Shown here in pieces: positions 30,101-45,900 of a DNA stretch of 64,000 nt (the first letter of the stretch is position 1; every line of letters starts with the position of its first letter). Source of the stretch: Eledone cirrhosa (Eukaryota). The stretch lies in the NCBI GenBank assembly GCA_964016885.1, contig OZ024757.1, positions 7,378,001 to 7,442,000 on the forward strand, in the 5' to 3' direction. Under the pieces are notes generated by a model. It worked only from the letters and a program-made list of their open reading frames with translations, was not told the DNA's origin and did not search any database. Position numbers and translations under genes: made by a program.

Positions 30101-33100
30101 GACTATCAGACATAGTGTATCTAAGACTACATTATCTAATGTACAGTATAGTGGCTATCAGACTTAGTGTACCTAGGACTACATTATCTAATCTACAGTA
30201 TAGTGGCTATCAGACATAGTGTATCTAAGACTACATTATCTAATGTACAGTATAGTGGCTATCAGACATAGTGTATCTAGGACTACATTATATAATGTAC
30301 AGTATAGTGGCTATCAGACATAGTGTATCTAAGACTACATTATCTAATGTACAGTATAGTGGCTATCAGACGTAGTGTACCTAGGACTACATTATCTAAT
30401 CTACAGTATAGTGGCTATCAGACATAGTGTATCTAAGACTACATTATCTAATCTACAGTATAGTGGCTATCAGACATAGTGTATCTAGGACTACATTATA
30501 TAATGTACAGTATAGTGGCTATCAGACATAGTGTATCTAAGACTACATTATCTAATGTAGAGTATAGTGGCTATCAGACATAGTGTACCTGGGACTACAT
30601 TATCTGATGTACAGTATAGTGGCTATCAGATATAGTGTATCTAGGACTACATTATCTAATGTACAGTATAGTGGCTATCAGACGTAGTGTACCTAGGACT
30701 ACATTATCTAATCTACAGTATAGTGGCTATCAGACATAGTGTATCTAAGACTACATTCTCTAATGTACAGTATAGTGGCTATCAGACATAGTGTATCTAG
30801 GACTACATTATCTAATGTACAGTATAGTGTCTATCAGACATAGTGTACCTAGGACTACATTATCTAATGTACAGTATAGTGGCTATCAGACATAGTGTAC
30901 CTAGGACTACATTATCTAATGTACAGTATAGTGGCTATCAGACATAGTTTACCTAGGACTACATTATATAATGTACAGTATAGTGGCTATCAAATATAGT
31001 GTATCTAGGACTACATTATCTAATGTACAGTATAGTGGCTATCAGACATAGTGTACCTAGGGCTACATTATATAACGTACAGTATAGTGGCTATCAGACA
31101 TAGTGTACCTAGGACTACATTATCTCATGTACAGTATAGTGGCTATCAGACATAGTGTACCTAGGGCTACATTATATAACGTACAGTATAGTGGCTATCA
31201 GACATAGTGTACCTAGGACTACATTATCTAATGTACAGTATAGTGGCTATCAGACATAGTGTACCTAGGACTACATTATCTAATGTATAGTATAGTGGTT
31301 ATCAGACATAGTGTACCTAGGACTACATTATCTAATGTACAGTATAGTGGCTATCAGACATAGTGTACCTAGGACTACATTATCTAATGTACAGTATAGT
31401 GGCTATCAGACATAGTGTACCTAGGACTTCATTAGCTAATGTACAGTATAGTGGCTATCTGACATAGTGTACCTAGGACTACATTATCTAATGTACAGTA
31501 TAGTGACTATCAGACATAGTGTATCTAGGACTACATTATCTAATCTACAGTATAGTGGCTATCAGACATAGTGTATCTAGGACTACATTATCTAATGTAC
31601 AGTATAGTGGCTATCAGACGTAGTGTACCTAGGACTACATTATCTAATCTACAGTATAGTGGCTATCAGACATAGTGTATCTAAGACTACATTATCTAAC
31701 GTACAGTATAGTGGCTATCAGACATAGTGTATCTAGGACTACATCATATAATGTACAGTATAGTGGCTATCAGACATAGTGTACCTAGGACTACATTATC
31801 TAATGTACAGTATAGTGGCTATCAGATATAGTGTATCTAGGACTACATTATCTAATGTACAGTATAGTGGCTATCAGACGTAGTGTACCTAGGACTACAT
31901 TATCTAATGTACAGTATAGTGGCTATCAGACGTAGTGTACCTAGGCCTACATTATATAATGTACAGTATAGTGGCTATCAGATATAGTGTATCTAAGACT
32001 ACATCATCTAATGTACAGTATAGTGGCTATCAGACATAGTGTATCTAGGACTACATTATCTAATGTACAGTATAGTGGCTATCAGACGTAGTGTACCTAG
32101 GCCTACATTATATAATGTACAGTATAGTGGCTATCAGATATAGTGTATCTAGGACTACATTATCTAATGTACAGTATAGTGGCTATCAGACATAGTGTAT
32201 CTAGGACTACATTATCTAATGTACAGTATAGTGGCTATCAGATATAGTGTACCTAGACTACATTATGTAATGTACAGTATAGTGGCTATCAGACTTAGTG
32301 TACCTAGGACTACATTATCTAATCTACAGTATAGTGGCTATCAGACATAGTGTATCTAAGACTACATTATCTAATGTACAGTATAGTGGCTATCAGACAT
32401 AGTGTATCTAGGACTACATTATATAATGTACAGTATAGTGGCTATCAGACATAGTGTATCTAAGACTACATTATCTAATGTACAGTATAGTGGCTATCAG
32501 ACGTAGTGTACCTAGGACTACATTATCTAATCTACAGTATAGTGGCTATCAGACATAGTGTATCTAAGACTACATTATCTAATCTACAGTATAGTGGCTA
32601 TCAGACATAGTGTATCTAGGACTACATTATATAATGTACAGTATAGTGGCTATCAGACATAGTGTATCTAAGACTACATTATCTAATGTAGAGTATAGTG
32701 GCTATCAGACATAGTGTACCTAGGACTACATTATCTGATGTACAGTATAGTGGCTATCAGATATAGTGTATCTAGGACTACATTATCTAATGTACAGTAT
32801 AGTGGCTATCAGACGTAGTGTACCTAGGACTACATTATCTAATCTACAGTATAGTGGCTATCAGACATAGTGTATCTAAGACTAAATTCTCTAATGTACA
32901 GTATAGTGGCTATCAGACATAGTGTATCTAGGACTACATTATCTAATGTACAGTATAGTGTCTATCAGACATAGTGTACCTAGGACTACATTATCTAATG
33001 TACAGTATAGTGGCTATCAGACATAGTGTACCTAGGACTACATTATCTAATGTACAGTATAGTGTATATAGGACTACATTATATAATGTACAGTATAGTG

Positions 33101-36100
33101 TCTATCAGACATAGTGTACCTCGGACTACATTATCTAATGTACAGTATAGTGACTATAAAAACAGTGTACCTAGGACTACATTATCTAATGTACAGTATA
33201 GTGGCTATCAGACATAGTTTACCTAGGACTACATTATATAATGTACAGTATAGTGGCTATCAAATATAGTGTATCTAGGACTACATTATCTAATGTACAG
33301 TATAGTGGCTATCAGACATAGTGTACCTAGGGCTACATTATATAACGTACAGTATAGTGGCTATCAGACATAGTGTACCTAGGACTACATTATCTCATGT
33401 ACAGTATAGTGGCTATCAGACATAGTGTACCTAGGGCTACATTATATAACGTACAGTATAGTGGCTATCAGACATAGTGTACCTAGGACTACATTATCTA
33501 ATGTACAGTATAGTGGCTATCAGACATAGTGTACCTAGGACTACATTATCTAATGTATAGTATAGTGGTTATCAGACATAGTGTACCTAGGACTACATTA
33601 TCTAATGTACAGTATAGTGGCTATCAGACATAGTGTACCTAGGACTACATTATCTAATGTACAGTATAGTGGCTATCAGACATAGTGTACCTAGGACTTC
33701 ATTAGCTAATGTACAGTATAGTGGCTATCTGACATAGTGTACCTAGGACTACATTATCTAATGTACAGTATAGTGACTATCAGACATAGTGTATCTAGGA
33801 CTACATTATCTAATCTACAGTATAGTGGCTATCAGACATAGTGTACCTAGGACTACATTATCTAATGTACAGTATAGTGGCTATCAGACATAGTGTACCT
33901 AGGACTACATTATCTAATGTACAGTATAGTGGCTATCAGACATAGTGTACCTAGGACTACATTATCTAATGTACAGTATAGTGACTATCAGACATAGTGT
34001 ATCTATGACTACATTATCTAATGTACAGTATAGTGGCTATCAGACATAGTGTACCTAGGACTACATTATCTAATCTACAGTATAGTGGCTATCAGACATA
34101 GTGTATCTAAGACTACATTGTCTAATCTACAGTATAGTGGCTATCAGACATAGTGTATCTAGGAATACATTATATAATGTACAGTATAGTGGCTATCAGA
34201 CATAGTGTATCTAAGACTACATTATCTAATGTACAGTATAGTGGCTATCAGACGTAGTGTACCTAGGACTACATTATCTAATCTACAGTATAGTGGCTAT
34301 CAGACATAGTGTATCTAAGACTACATTATCTAATCTACAGTATAGTGGCTATCAGACATAGTGTATCTAGGACTACATTATATAATGTACAGTATAGTGG
34401 CTATCAGACATAGTGTATCTAAGACTACATTATCTAATGTACAGTATAGTGGCTATCAGACATAGTGTACCTAGGACTACATTATCTAATGTACAGTATA
34501 GTGGCTATCAGATATAGTGTATCTAGGACTACATTATCTAATGTACAGTATAGTGGCTATCAGACATAGTGTACCTAGGACTACATTGTATAATGTACAG
34601 TATAGTGGCTATCAGACATAGTGTATCTAGGACTACATTATCTAATGTACAGTATAGTGGCTATCAGACATAGTGTACCTAGGACTACATTATCTAATGT
34701 ACAGTATAGTGGCTATCAGACAGTGTACTTAGGACTACATTATCTAATGTACAGTATAGTAGCTATCAGACATAGTGTACTTAGGACTACATTATCTAAT
34801 GTACAGTATAGTGTCTATCAGACATAGTGTACCTAGGACTACATTATATAATGTACAGTATAGTGGCTTTCAGACATAGTGTATCTAGGACTACATTATC
34901 TAATGTACAGTATAGTGGCTATCAGATATAGTGTACCTAGGACTACATTATCTAATGTACAGTATAGTGGCTATCAGACATAGTGTACCTAGGACTACAT
35001 TATCTAATGTACAGTATAGTGGCTATCAGATATAGTGTACCTAGGACTACATTATCTAATGTACAGTATAGTGGCTATCAGACATAGTGTACCTAGGACT
35101 ACATTATCTAATGTACAGTATAGTGGCTATCAGACATACTGTATATAGGACTACATTATATAATGTACAGTATAGTGTCTATCAGACATAGTGTACCTCG
35201 GACTACATTATCTAATGTACAGTATAGTGGCTATAAAAACAGTGTACCTAGGACTACATTATCTAATGTACAGTATAGTGGCTATCAGACATAGTGTACC
35301 TAGGACTACATTATCTAATGTACAGTATAGTGGCTATCAGACATAGTGTACCTAGGACTACATTATATAATGTACAGTATAGTGGCTATCAAATATAGTG
35401 TATCTAGGACTACATTATCTAATGTACAGTATAGTGGCTATCAGACATAGTGTATCTAGGACTACATTATCTAATGTACAGTATAGTGGCTATCAGACAT
35501 AGTGTACCTAGGACTACATTATCTAATGTACAGTATAGTGGCTATCAGACAGTGTACTTAGGACTACATTATCTAATGTACAGTATAGTGGCTATCAGAC
35601 ATAGTGTATCTAGGACTACATTATCTAATGTACAGTATAGTGTCTATCAGACATAGTGTATCTAGGACTACATTATCTAATGTACAGTATAGTGGCTATC
35701 AGACATAGTGTACCTAGGACTACATTATCTAATGTACAGTATAGTGGCTATCAGATATAGTGTACCTAGGACTACATTATCTAATGTACAGTATACTGGC
35801 TATCAGACATAGTGTACCTAAGACTACATTATCTAATGTACAGTATAGTGGCTATCAGACATAGTGTATCTAGGCCTACATTATCTAATGTACAGTATAG
35901 TGGCTATCAGATATAGTGTACCTAGACTACATTATGTAATGTACAGTATAGTGGCTATCAGACATAGTGTACCTAGGACTACATTATCTAATGTACAGTA
36001 TAGTGGCTATCAGATATAGTGTACATAGACTACATTATGTAATGTACAGTATAGTGTCTATCAGACAGAGTGTACCTAGGACTACATTATCTAATGTACA

Positions 36101-37830
36101 GTATAGTGGCTATCAGACATAGTGTATCTAGGACTACATTATCTAATGTACAGTATAGTGTCTATCAGACATAGTGTATCTAGGACTACATTATCTAATG
36201 TACAGTATAGTGGCTATCAGACATAGTGTACCTAGGACTACATTATCTAATGTACAGTATAGTGGCTATCAGATATAGTGTACCTAGGACTACATTATCT
36301 AATGTACAGTATACTGGCTATCAGACATAGTGTACCTAAGACTACATTATCTAATGTACAGTATAGTGGCTATCAGACATAGTGTATCTAGGACTACATT
36401 ATCTAATGTACAGTATAGTGGCTATCAGACATAGTGTGCCTAGGACTACATTATCTAATGTACAGTATAGTGGCTATCAGACATAGTGTACTTAGGACTA
36501 CATTATCTAATGTACAGTATAGTAGCTATCAGACACAGTGTACTTAGGACTACATTATCTAATGTACAGTATAGTGTCTATCAGACATAGTGTACCTAGG
36601 ACTACATTATATAATGTACAGTATAGTGGCAATCAGACATAGTGTACCTAGGACTACATTATCTAATGTACAGTATAGTGGCTATCAGACATAGTGTATC
36701 TAGGACTACATTATCTAATGTACAGTATAGTGGCTATCAGATATAGTGTATCTAGGACTACATTATCTAATGTACAGTATAGTGTCTATCAGATATAGTG
36801 TACCTAGGACTACATTATCTAATGTACAGTATAGTGGCTATCAGACATAGTGTACCTAGGACTACATTATCTAATGTACAGTATAGTGGCTATCAGACAT
36901 AGTGTATATAGGACTACATTATATAATGTACAGTATAGTGTCTATCAGACATAGTGTACCTCGGACTACATTATCTAATGTACAGTATAGTGGCTATAAA
37001 AACAGTGTACCTAGGACTACATTATCTAATGTACAGTATAGTGGCTATCAGACATAGTGTACCTAGGACTACATTATCTAATGTACAGTATAGTGGCTAT
37101 CAGACATAGTGTACCTAGGACTACATTATCTAATGTATAGTATAGTGGTTATCAGACATAGTGTACATAGGACTACATTATCTAATGTACAGTATAGTGG
37201 CTATCAGACATAGTGTATCTAGGACTACATTATCTAATGTATAGTATAGTGGCTATCAGACATAGTGTACCTAGGACTACATTATATAATGTACAGTATA
37301 GTGGCTATCAGACATAGTGTACCTAGGACTACATTATCTAATGTACAGTATAGTGGCTATCAGACATAGTGTACCTAGGACTACATTATCTAATGTATAG
37401 TATAGTGGTTATCAGACATAGTGTACCTAGGACTACATTATCTAATGTACAGTATAGTGGCTATCAGACATAGTGTATCTAGGACTACATTATCTAATGT
37501 ATAGTATAGTGGCTATCAGACATAGTGTACCTAGGACTACATTATATAATGTACAGTATAGTGGCTATCAGACATAGTGTACCTAGGACTACATTATCTA
37601 ATGTACAGTATAGTGGCTATCAGACATAGTGTACCTAGGACTCCATTATATAATGTACAGTATGGTGGCTATCAAACATAGTGTACCTAGGACTACATTA
37701 TCTAATGTACAGTATAGTGGCTATCAGACATAGTGTACCTAGGACTACATTATCTAATGTACAGTATAGTGACTATCAGACATAGTGTATCTAGGACTAC
37801 ATTATCTAATCTACAGTATAGTGGCTATCA
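24120..37830. repeat. Large near-identical segmental duplication, copy 1 (~13.7 kb)
   Basis: Rare markers recur at +15,878 (AATGTAGAGT 25411/41289; TCATACATAG 25691/41569; 16-bp deletion 33059/48937; ORF 33026/48904). Beyond ~34.55 kb they recur at +16,398 (ORFs 34621/51019 and 35450/51848). Boundaries are approximate. Confidence 0.9.
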
Positions 37831-39997
37831 GACATAGTGTACATAGGACTACATTATCTAATGTACAGTATAGTGGCTATCAGACATAGTGTATCTAGGA
37901 CTACATCATATAATGTACAGTATAGTGGCTATCAGACATAGTGTATCTAAGACTACATTATCTAATGTACAGTATAGTGGCTATCAGACATAGTGTACCT
38001 AGGACTACATTATCTAATGTACAGTATAGTGGCTATCAGATATAGTGTATCTAGGACTACATTATCTAATGTACAGTATAGTGGCTATCAGACGTAGTGT
38101 ACCTAGGACTACATTATCTAATGTACAGTATAGTGGCTATCAGACGTAGTGTACCTAGGACTACATTATCTAATGTATAGTATAGTGGTTATCAGACATA
38201 GTGTACCTAGGACTACATTATCTAATGTACAGTATAGTGGCTATCAGACATAGTGTATCTAGGACTACATTATCTAATGTATAGTATAGTGGCTATCAGA
38301 CATAGTGTATCTAAGACTACATTATCTAATCTACAGTATAGTGGCTATCAGACATAGTGTATCTAGGACTACATTATATAATGTACAGTATAGTGGCTAT
38401 CAGACATAGTGTATCTAAGACTACATTATCTAATGTACAGTATAGTGGCTATCAGACATAGTGTACCTAGGACTACATTATCTAATGTACAGTATAGTGG
38501 CTATCAGATATAGTGTATCTAGGACTACATTATCTAATGTACAGTATAGTGGCTATCAGACGTAGTGTACCTAGGACTACATTATCTAATCTACAGTATA
38601 GTGGCTATCAGACATAGTGTATCTAAGACTACATTATCTAATGTACAGTATAGTGGCTATCAGACATAGTGTATCTAGGACTACATTATCTAATGTACAG
38701 TATAGTGTCTATCAGACATAGTGTATCTAGGACTACATTATCTAATGTACAGTATAGTGGCTATCAGACATAGTGTATCTATGACTACATTATATAATGT
38801 ACAGTATAGTGGCTATCAGACATAGTGTATCTAAGACTACATTATCTAATGTACAGTATAGTGGCTATCAAACATAGTGTACCTAGGACTACATAATCTA
38901 ATGTACAGTATAGTGGCTATCAGACATAGTGTACCTAGGACTACATTATATAATGTACAGTATAGTAGCTATCAGACATAGTGTACCTAGGACTACATTA
39001 TCTAATGTACAGTATAGTGGCTATCAGACATAGTGTATCTAGGACTACATTATCTAATGTACAGTATAGTGGCTATCAGACATAGTGTACCTAGGACTAC
39101 ATTGTATAATGTACAGTATAGTGGCTATCAGACATAGTGTATCTAGGACTACATTATCTAATGTACAGTATAGTGGCTATCAGACATAGTGTACCTAGGA
39201 CTACATTATCTAATGTACAGTATAGTGGCTATCAGACAGTGTACTTAGGACTACATTATCTAATGTACAGTATAGTAGCTATCAGACATAGTGTACTTAG
39301 GACTACATTATCTAATGTACAGTATAGTTTCTATCAGACATAGTGTACCTAGGACTACATTATATAATGTACAGTATAGTGGCTTTCAGACATAGTGTAT
39401 CTAGGACTACATTATCTAATGTACAGTATAGTGGCTATCAGATATAGTGTACCTAGGACTACATTATCTAATGTACAGTATAGTGGCTATCAGACATAGT
39501 GTACCTAGGACTACATTATCTAATGTACAGTATAGTGGCTATCAGATATAGTGTACCTAGGACTACATTATCTAATGTACAGTATAGTGGCTATCAGACA
39601 TAGTGTACCTAGGACTACATTATCTAATGTACAGTATAGTGGCTATCAGACATACTGTATATAGGACTACATTATATAATGTACAGTATAGTGTCTATCA
39701 GACATAGTGTAACTCGGACTACATTATCTAATGTACAGTATAGTGGCTATAAAAACAGTGTACCTAGGACTACATTATCTAATGTACAGTATAGTGGCTA
39801 TCAGACATAGTGTACCTAGGACTACATTATCTAATGTACAGTATAGTGGCTATCAGACATAGTGTACCTAGGACTACATTATATAATGTACAGTATAGTG
39901 GCTATCAAATATAGTGTATCTAGGACTACATTATCTAATGTACAGTATAGTGGCTATCAGATATAGTGTATCTAGGACTACATTATCTAATGTACAG

Positions 39998-42900
39998 TAT
40001 AGTGGCTATCAGACATAGTGTACCTAGGACTACATTATCTAATGTACAGTATAGTGGCTATCAGACATAGTGTATCTAGGACTACATTATCTAATGTACA
40101 GTATAGTGGCTATCAGATATAGTGTATCTAGGACTACATTATCTAATGTACAGTATAGTGTCTATCAGATATAGTGTACCTAGGACTACATTATCTAATG
40201 TACAGTATAGTGGCTATCAGACATAGTGTACCTAGGACTACATTATCTAATGTACAGTATAGTGGCTATCAGACATAGTGTACCTAGGACTACATTATCT
40301 AATGTACAGTATAGTGGCTATCAGACATAGTGTACCTAGGACTACATTATATAATGTACAGTATAGTGGCTATCAAATATAGTGTATCTAGGACTACATT
40401 ATCTAATGTACAGTATAGTGGCTATTAGACATAGTGTACCTAGGGCTACATTATATAATGTACAGTATAGTGGCTATCAGACATAGTGTACCTAGGACTA
40501 CATTATCTAATGTATAGTATAGTGGTTATCAGACATAGTGTACCTAGGACTACATTATCTAATGTACAGTATAGTGGCTATCAGACATAGTGTATCTAGG
40601 ACTACATTATCTAATGTATAGTATAGTGGCTATCAGACATAGTGTACCTAGGACTACATTATCTAATGTACAGTATAGTGGCTATCAGACATAGTGTACC
40701 TAGGACTACATTATATAATGTACAGTATAGTGGCTATCAGACATAGTGTACCTAGGACTACATTATCTAATGTACAGTATAGTGGCTATCAGACATAGTG
40801 TATCTAGGACTACATTATCTAATGTACAGTATAGTGGCTATCAGACATAGTGTACCTAGGACTACATTATATAATGTACAGTATAGTGGCTATCAGACAT
40901 AGTGTATCTAGGACTACATTATCTAATGTACAGTATAGTGGCTATCAGACATAGTGTACCTAGGACTACATTATCTAATGTACAGTATAGTGGCTATCAG
41001 ACATAGTGTACCTAGGACTCCATTATATAATGTACAGTATAGTGGCTATCAAACATAGTGTACCTAGGACTACATTATCTAATGTACAGTATAGTGGCTA
41101 TCAGACATAGTGTACCTAGGACTACATTAGCTAATGTACAGTATAGTGGCTATCTGACATAGTGTACCTAGGACTACATTATCTAATGTACAGTATAGTG
41201 ACTATCAGACATAGTGTATCTAGGACTACATTATCTAATCTACAGTATAGTGGCTATCAGACATAGTGTACCTAGGACTACATTATCTAATGTAGAGTAT
41301 AGTGGCTATCAGACATAGTGTACCTAGGACTACATTATCTAATGTACAGTATAGTGACTATCAGACATAGTGTATCTAAGACTACATTATCTAATGTACA
41401 GTATAGTGGCTATCAGACGTAGTGTACCTAGGACTACATTATCTAATCTACAGTATAGTGGCTATCAGACATAGTGTATCTAAGACTACATTATCTAATG
41501 TACAGTATAGTGGCTATCAGACATAGTGTATCTAGGACTACATTATATAATGTACAGTATAGTGGCTATCATACATAGTGTATCTAAGACTACATTATCT
41601 AATGTACAGTATAGTGGCTATCAGACATAGTGTACCTAGGACTACATTATCTAATGTACAGTATAGTGGCTATCAGATATAGTGTATCTAGGACTACATT
41701 ATCTAATGTACAGTATAGTGGCTATCAGACGTAGTGTACCTAGGACTACATTATCTAATCTACAGTATAGTGGCTATCAGACATAGTGTATCTAAGACTA
41801 CATTATCTAATGTACAGTATAGTGGCTATCAGACATAGTGTATCTAGGACTACATTATCTAATGTACAGTATAGTGTCTATCAGACATAGTGTACCTAGG
41901 ACTACATTATCTAATGTACAGTATAGTGTCTATCAGATATAGTGTACCTAGGACTACATTATCTAATGTACAGTATAGTGGCTATCAGACATAGTGTACC
42001 TAGGACTACATTATCTAATGTACAGTATAGTGGCTATCAGACATAGTGTACCTAGGACTACATTATCTAATGTACAGTATAGTGGCTATCAGACATAGTG
42101 TACCTAGGACTACATTATATAATGTACAGTATAGTGGCTATCAAATATAGTGTATCTAGGACTACATTATCTAATGTACAGTATAGTGGCTATCAGACAT
42201 AGTGTACCTAGGGCTACATTATATAATGTACAGTATAGTGGCTATCAGACATAGTGTACCTAGGACTACATTATCTAATGTATAGTATAGTGGTTATCAG
42301 ACATAGTGTATCTAGGACTACATTATCTAATGTATAGTATAGTGGCTATCAGACATAGTGTACCTAGGACTACATTATATAATGTACAGTATAGTGGCTA
42401 TCAGACATAGTGTACCTAGGACTACATTATCTAATGTACAGTATAGTGGCTATCAGACATAGTGTACCTAGGACTACATTATCTAATGTATAGTATAGTG
42501 GTTATCAGACATAGTGTACCTAGGACTACATTATCTAATGTACAGTATAGTGGCTATCAGACATAGTGTATCTAGGACTACATTATCTAATGTATAGTAT
42601 AGTGGCTATCAGACATAGTGTACCTAGGACTACATTATATAATGTACAGTATAGTGGCTATCAGACATAGTGTACCTAGGACTACATTATCTAATGTACA
42701 GTATAGTGGCTATCAGACATAGTGTACCTAGGACTCCATTATATAATGTACAGTATGGTGGCTATCAAACATAGTGTACCTAGGACTACATTATCTAATG
42801 TACAGTATAGTGGCTATCAGACATAGTGTACCTAGGACTACATTATCTAATGTACAGTATAGTGGCTATCTGACATAGTGTACCTAGGACTACATTATCT

Positions 42901-45900
42901 AATGTACAGTATAGTGACTATCAGACATAGTGTATCTAGGACTACATTATCTAATGTACAGTATAGTGGCTATCAGACATAGTGTACCTAGGACTACATT
43001 ATCTAATGTACAGTATAGTGGCTATCAGACATAGTGTACCTAGGACTACATTATCTAATGTACAGTATAGTGACTATCAGACATAGTGTATCTAAGACTA
43101 CATTATCTAATGTACAGTATAGTGGTTATCAGACATAGTGTACCTAGGACTACATTATATAATGTACAGTATAGTGGCTATCAGACATAGTGTACCTAGG
43201 ACTACATTATCTAATGTACAGTATAGTGGCTATCAGACATAGTGTACCTAGGACTCCATTATATAATGTACAGTATGGTGGCTATCAAACATAGTGTACC
43301 TAGGACTACATTATCTAATGTACAGTATAGTGGCTATCAGACATAGTGTATCTAGGACTACATTATCTAATGTACAGTATAGTGGCTATCAGACATAGTG
43401 TATCTAAGACTACATTATCTAACGTACAGTATAGTGGCTATCAGACATAGTGTATCTAGGACTACATCATATAATGTACAGTATAGTGGCTATCAGACAT
43501 AGTGTACCTAGGACTACATTATCTAATGTACAGTATAGTGGCTATCAGATATAGTGTATCTAGGACTACATTATCTAATGTACAGTATAGTGGCTATCAG
43601 ACATAGTGTACCTAGGACTACATTATCTAATGTACAGTATAGTGGCTATCAGACGTAGTGTACCTAGGCCTACATTATATAATGTACAGTATAGTGGCTA
43701 TCAGATATAGTGTATCTAAGACTACATCATCTAATGTACAGTATAGTGGCTATCAGACATAGTGTATCTAGGACTACATTATCTAATGTACAGTATAGTG
43801 GCTATCAGACGTAGTGTACCTAGGCCTACATTATATAATGTACAGTATAGTGGCTATCAGATATAGTGTATCTAGGACTACATTATCTAATGTACAGTAT
43901 AGTGGCTATCAGACATAGTGTATCTAGGACTACATTATCTAATGTACAGTATAGTGGCTATCAGATATAGTGTACCTAGACTACATTATGTAATGTACAG
44001 TATAGTGGCTATCAGACATAGTGTACCTAGGACTACATTATCTAATGTACAATATAGTGGCTATCAGATATAGTGTACATAGACTACATTATGTAATGTA
44101 CAGTATAGTGTCTATCAGACAGAGTGTACCTAGGACTACATTATCTAATGTACAGTATAGTGGCTATCAGACATTGTGTATCTAGGACTACATTATCTAA
44201 TGTACAGTATAGTGTCTATCAGACATAGTGTATCTAGGACTACATTATCTAATGTACAGTATAGTGGCTATCAGACATAGTGTACCTAGGACTACATTAT
44301 CTAATGTACAGTATAGTGGCTATCAGATATAGTGTACCTAGGACTACATTATCTAATGTACAGTATACTGGCTATCAGACATAGTGTACCTAAGACTACA
44401 TTATCTAATGTACAGTATAGTGGCTATCAGACATAGTGTATCTAGGACTACATTATCTAATGTACAGTATAGTGGCTATCAGACATAGTGTACCTAGGAC
44501 TACATTGTATAATGTACAGTATAGTGGCTATCAGACATAGTGTATCTAGGACTACATTATCTAATGTACAGTATAGTGGCTATCAGACATAGTGTACCTA
44601 GGACTACATTATCTAATGTACAGTATAGTGGCTATCAGACATAGTGTACTTAGGACTACATTATCTAATGTATAGTATAGTGTCTATCAGACAGTGTACC
44701 TAGGACTACATTATCTAATGTACAGTATAGTGTCTATCAGACATAGTGTATCTAGGACTACATTATCTAATGTACAGTATAGTGGCTATCAGACATAGTG
44801 TACCTAGGACTACATTATCTAATGTACAGTATAGTAGCTATCAGACATAGTGTACTTAGGACTACATTATCTAATGTACAGTATAGTGTCTATCAGACAT
44901 ATTGTACCTAGGACTACGTTATATAATGTACAGTATAGTGGCTATCAGACATAGTGTACCTAGGACTACATTAGCTAATGTACAGTATAGTGGCTATCAG
45001 ACATAGTGTATATAGGACTACATTATATAATGTACAGTATAGTGTCTATCAGACATAGTGTACCTCGGACTACATTATCTAATGTACAGTATAGTGGCTA
45101 TAAAAACAGTGTACCTAGGACTACATTATCTAATGTACAGTATAGTGGCTATCAGACATAGTGTAGCTAGGACTACATTATCTAATGTACAGTATAGTGG
45201 CTATCAGACATAGTGTACCTAGGACTACATTATATAATGTACAGTATAGTGGCTATCAAATATAGTGTATCTAGGACTACATTATCTAATGTACAGTATA
45301 GTGGCTATCAGACATAGTGTACCTAGGGCTACATTATATAACGTACAGTATAGTGGCTATCAGACATAGTGTACCTAGGACTACATTATCTAATGTACAG
45401 TATAGTGGCTATCAGACATAGTGTACCTAGGGCTACATTATATAACGTACAGTATAGTGGCTATCAGACATAGTGTACCTAGGACTACATTATCTAATGT
45501 ACAGTATAGTGGCTATCAGACATAGTGTACCTAGGACTACATTATCTAATGTATAGTATAGTGGTTATCAGACATAGTGTACCTAGGACTACATTATCTA
45601 ATGTACAGTATAGTGGCTATCAGACATAGTGTACCTAGGACTACATTATCTAATGTACAGTATAGTGGCCATCAGACATAGTGTACCTAGGACTACATTA
45701 GCTAATGTACAGTATAGTGGCTATCTGACTTAGTGTACCTAGGACTACATTATCTAATGTACAGTATAGTGACTATCAGACATAGTGTATCTAGGACTAC
45801 ATTATCTAATCTACAGTATAGTGGCTATCAGACATAGTGTACCTAGGACTACATTATCTAATGTACAGTATAGTGGCTATCAGACATAGTGTACCTAGGA

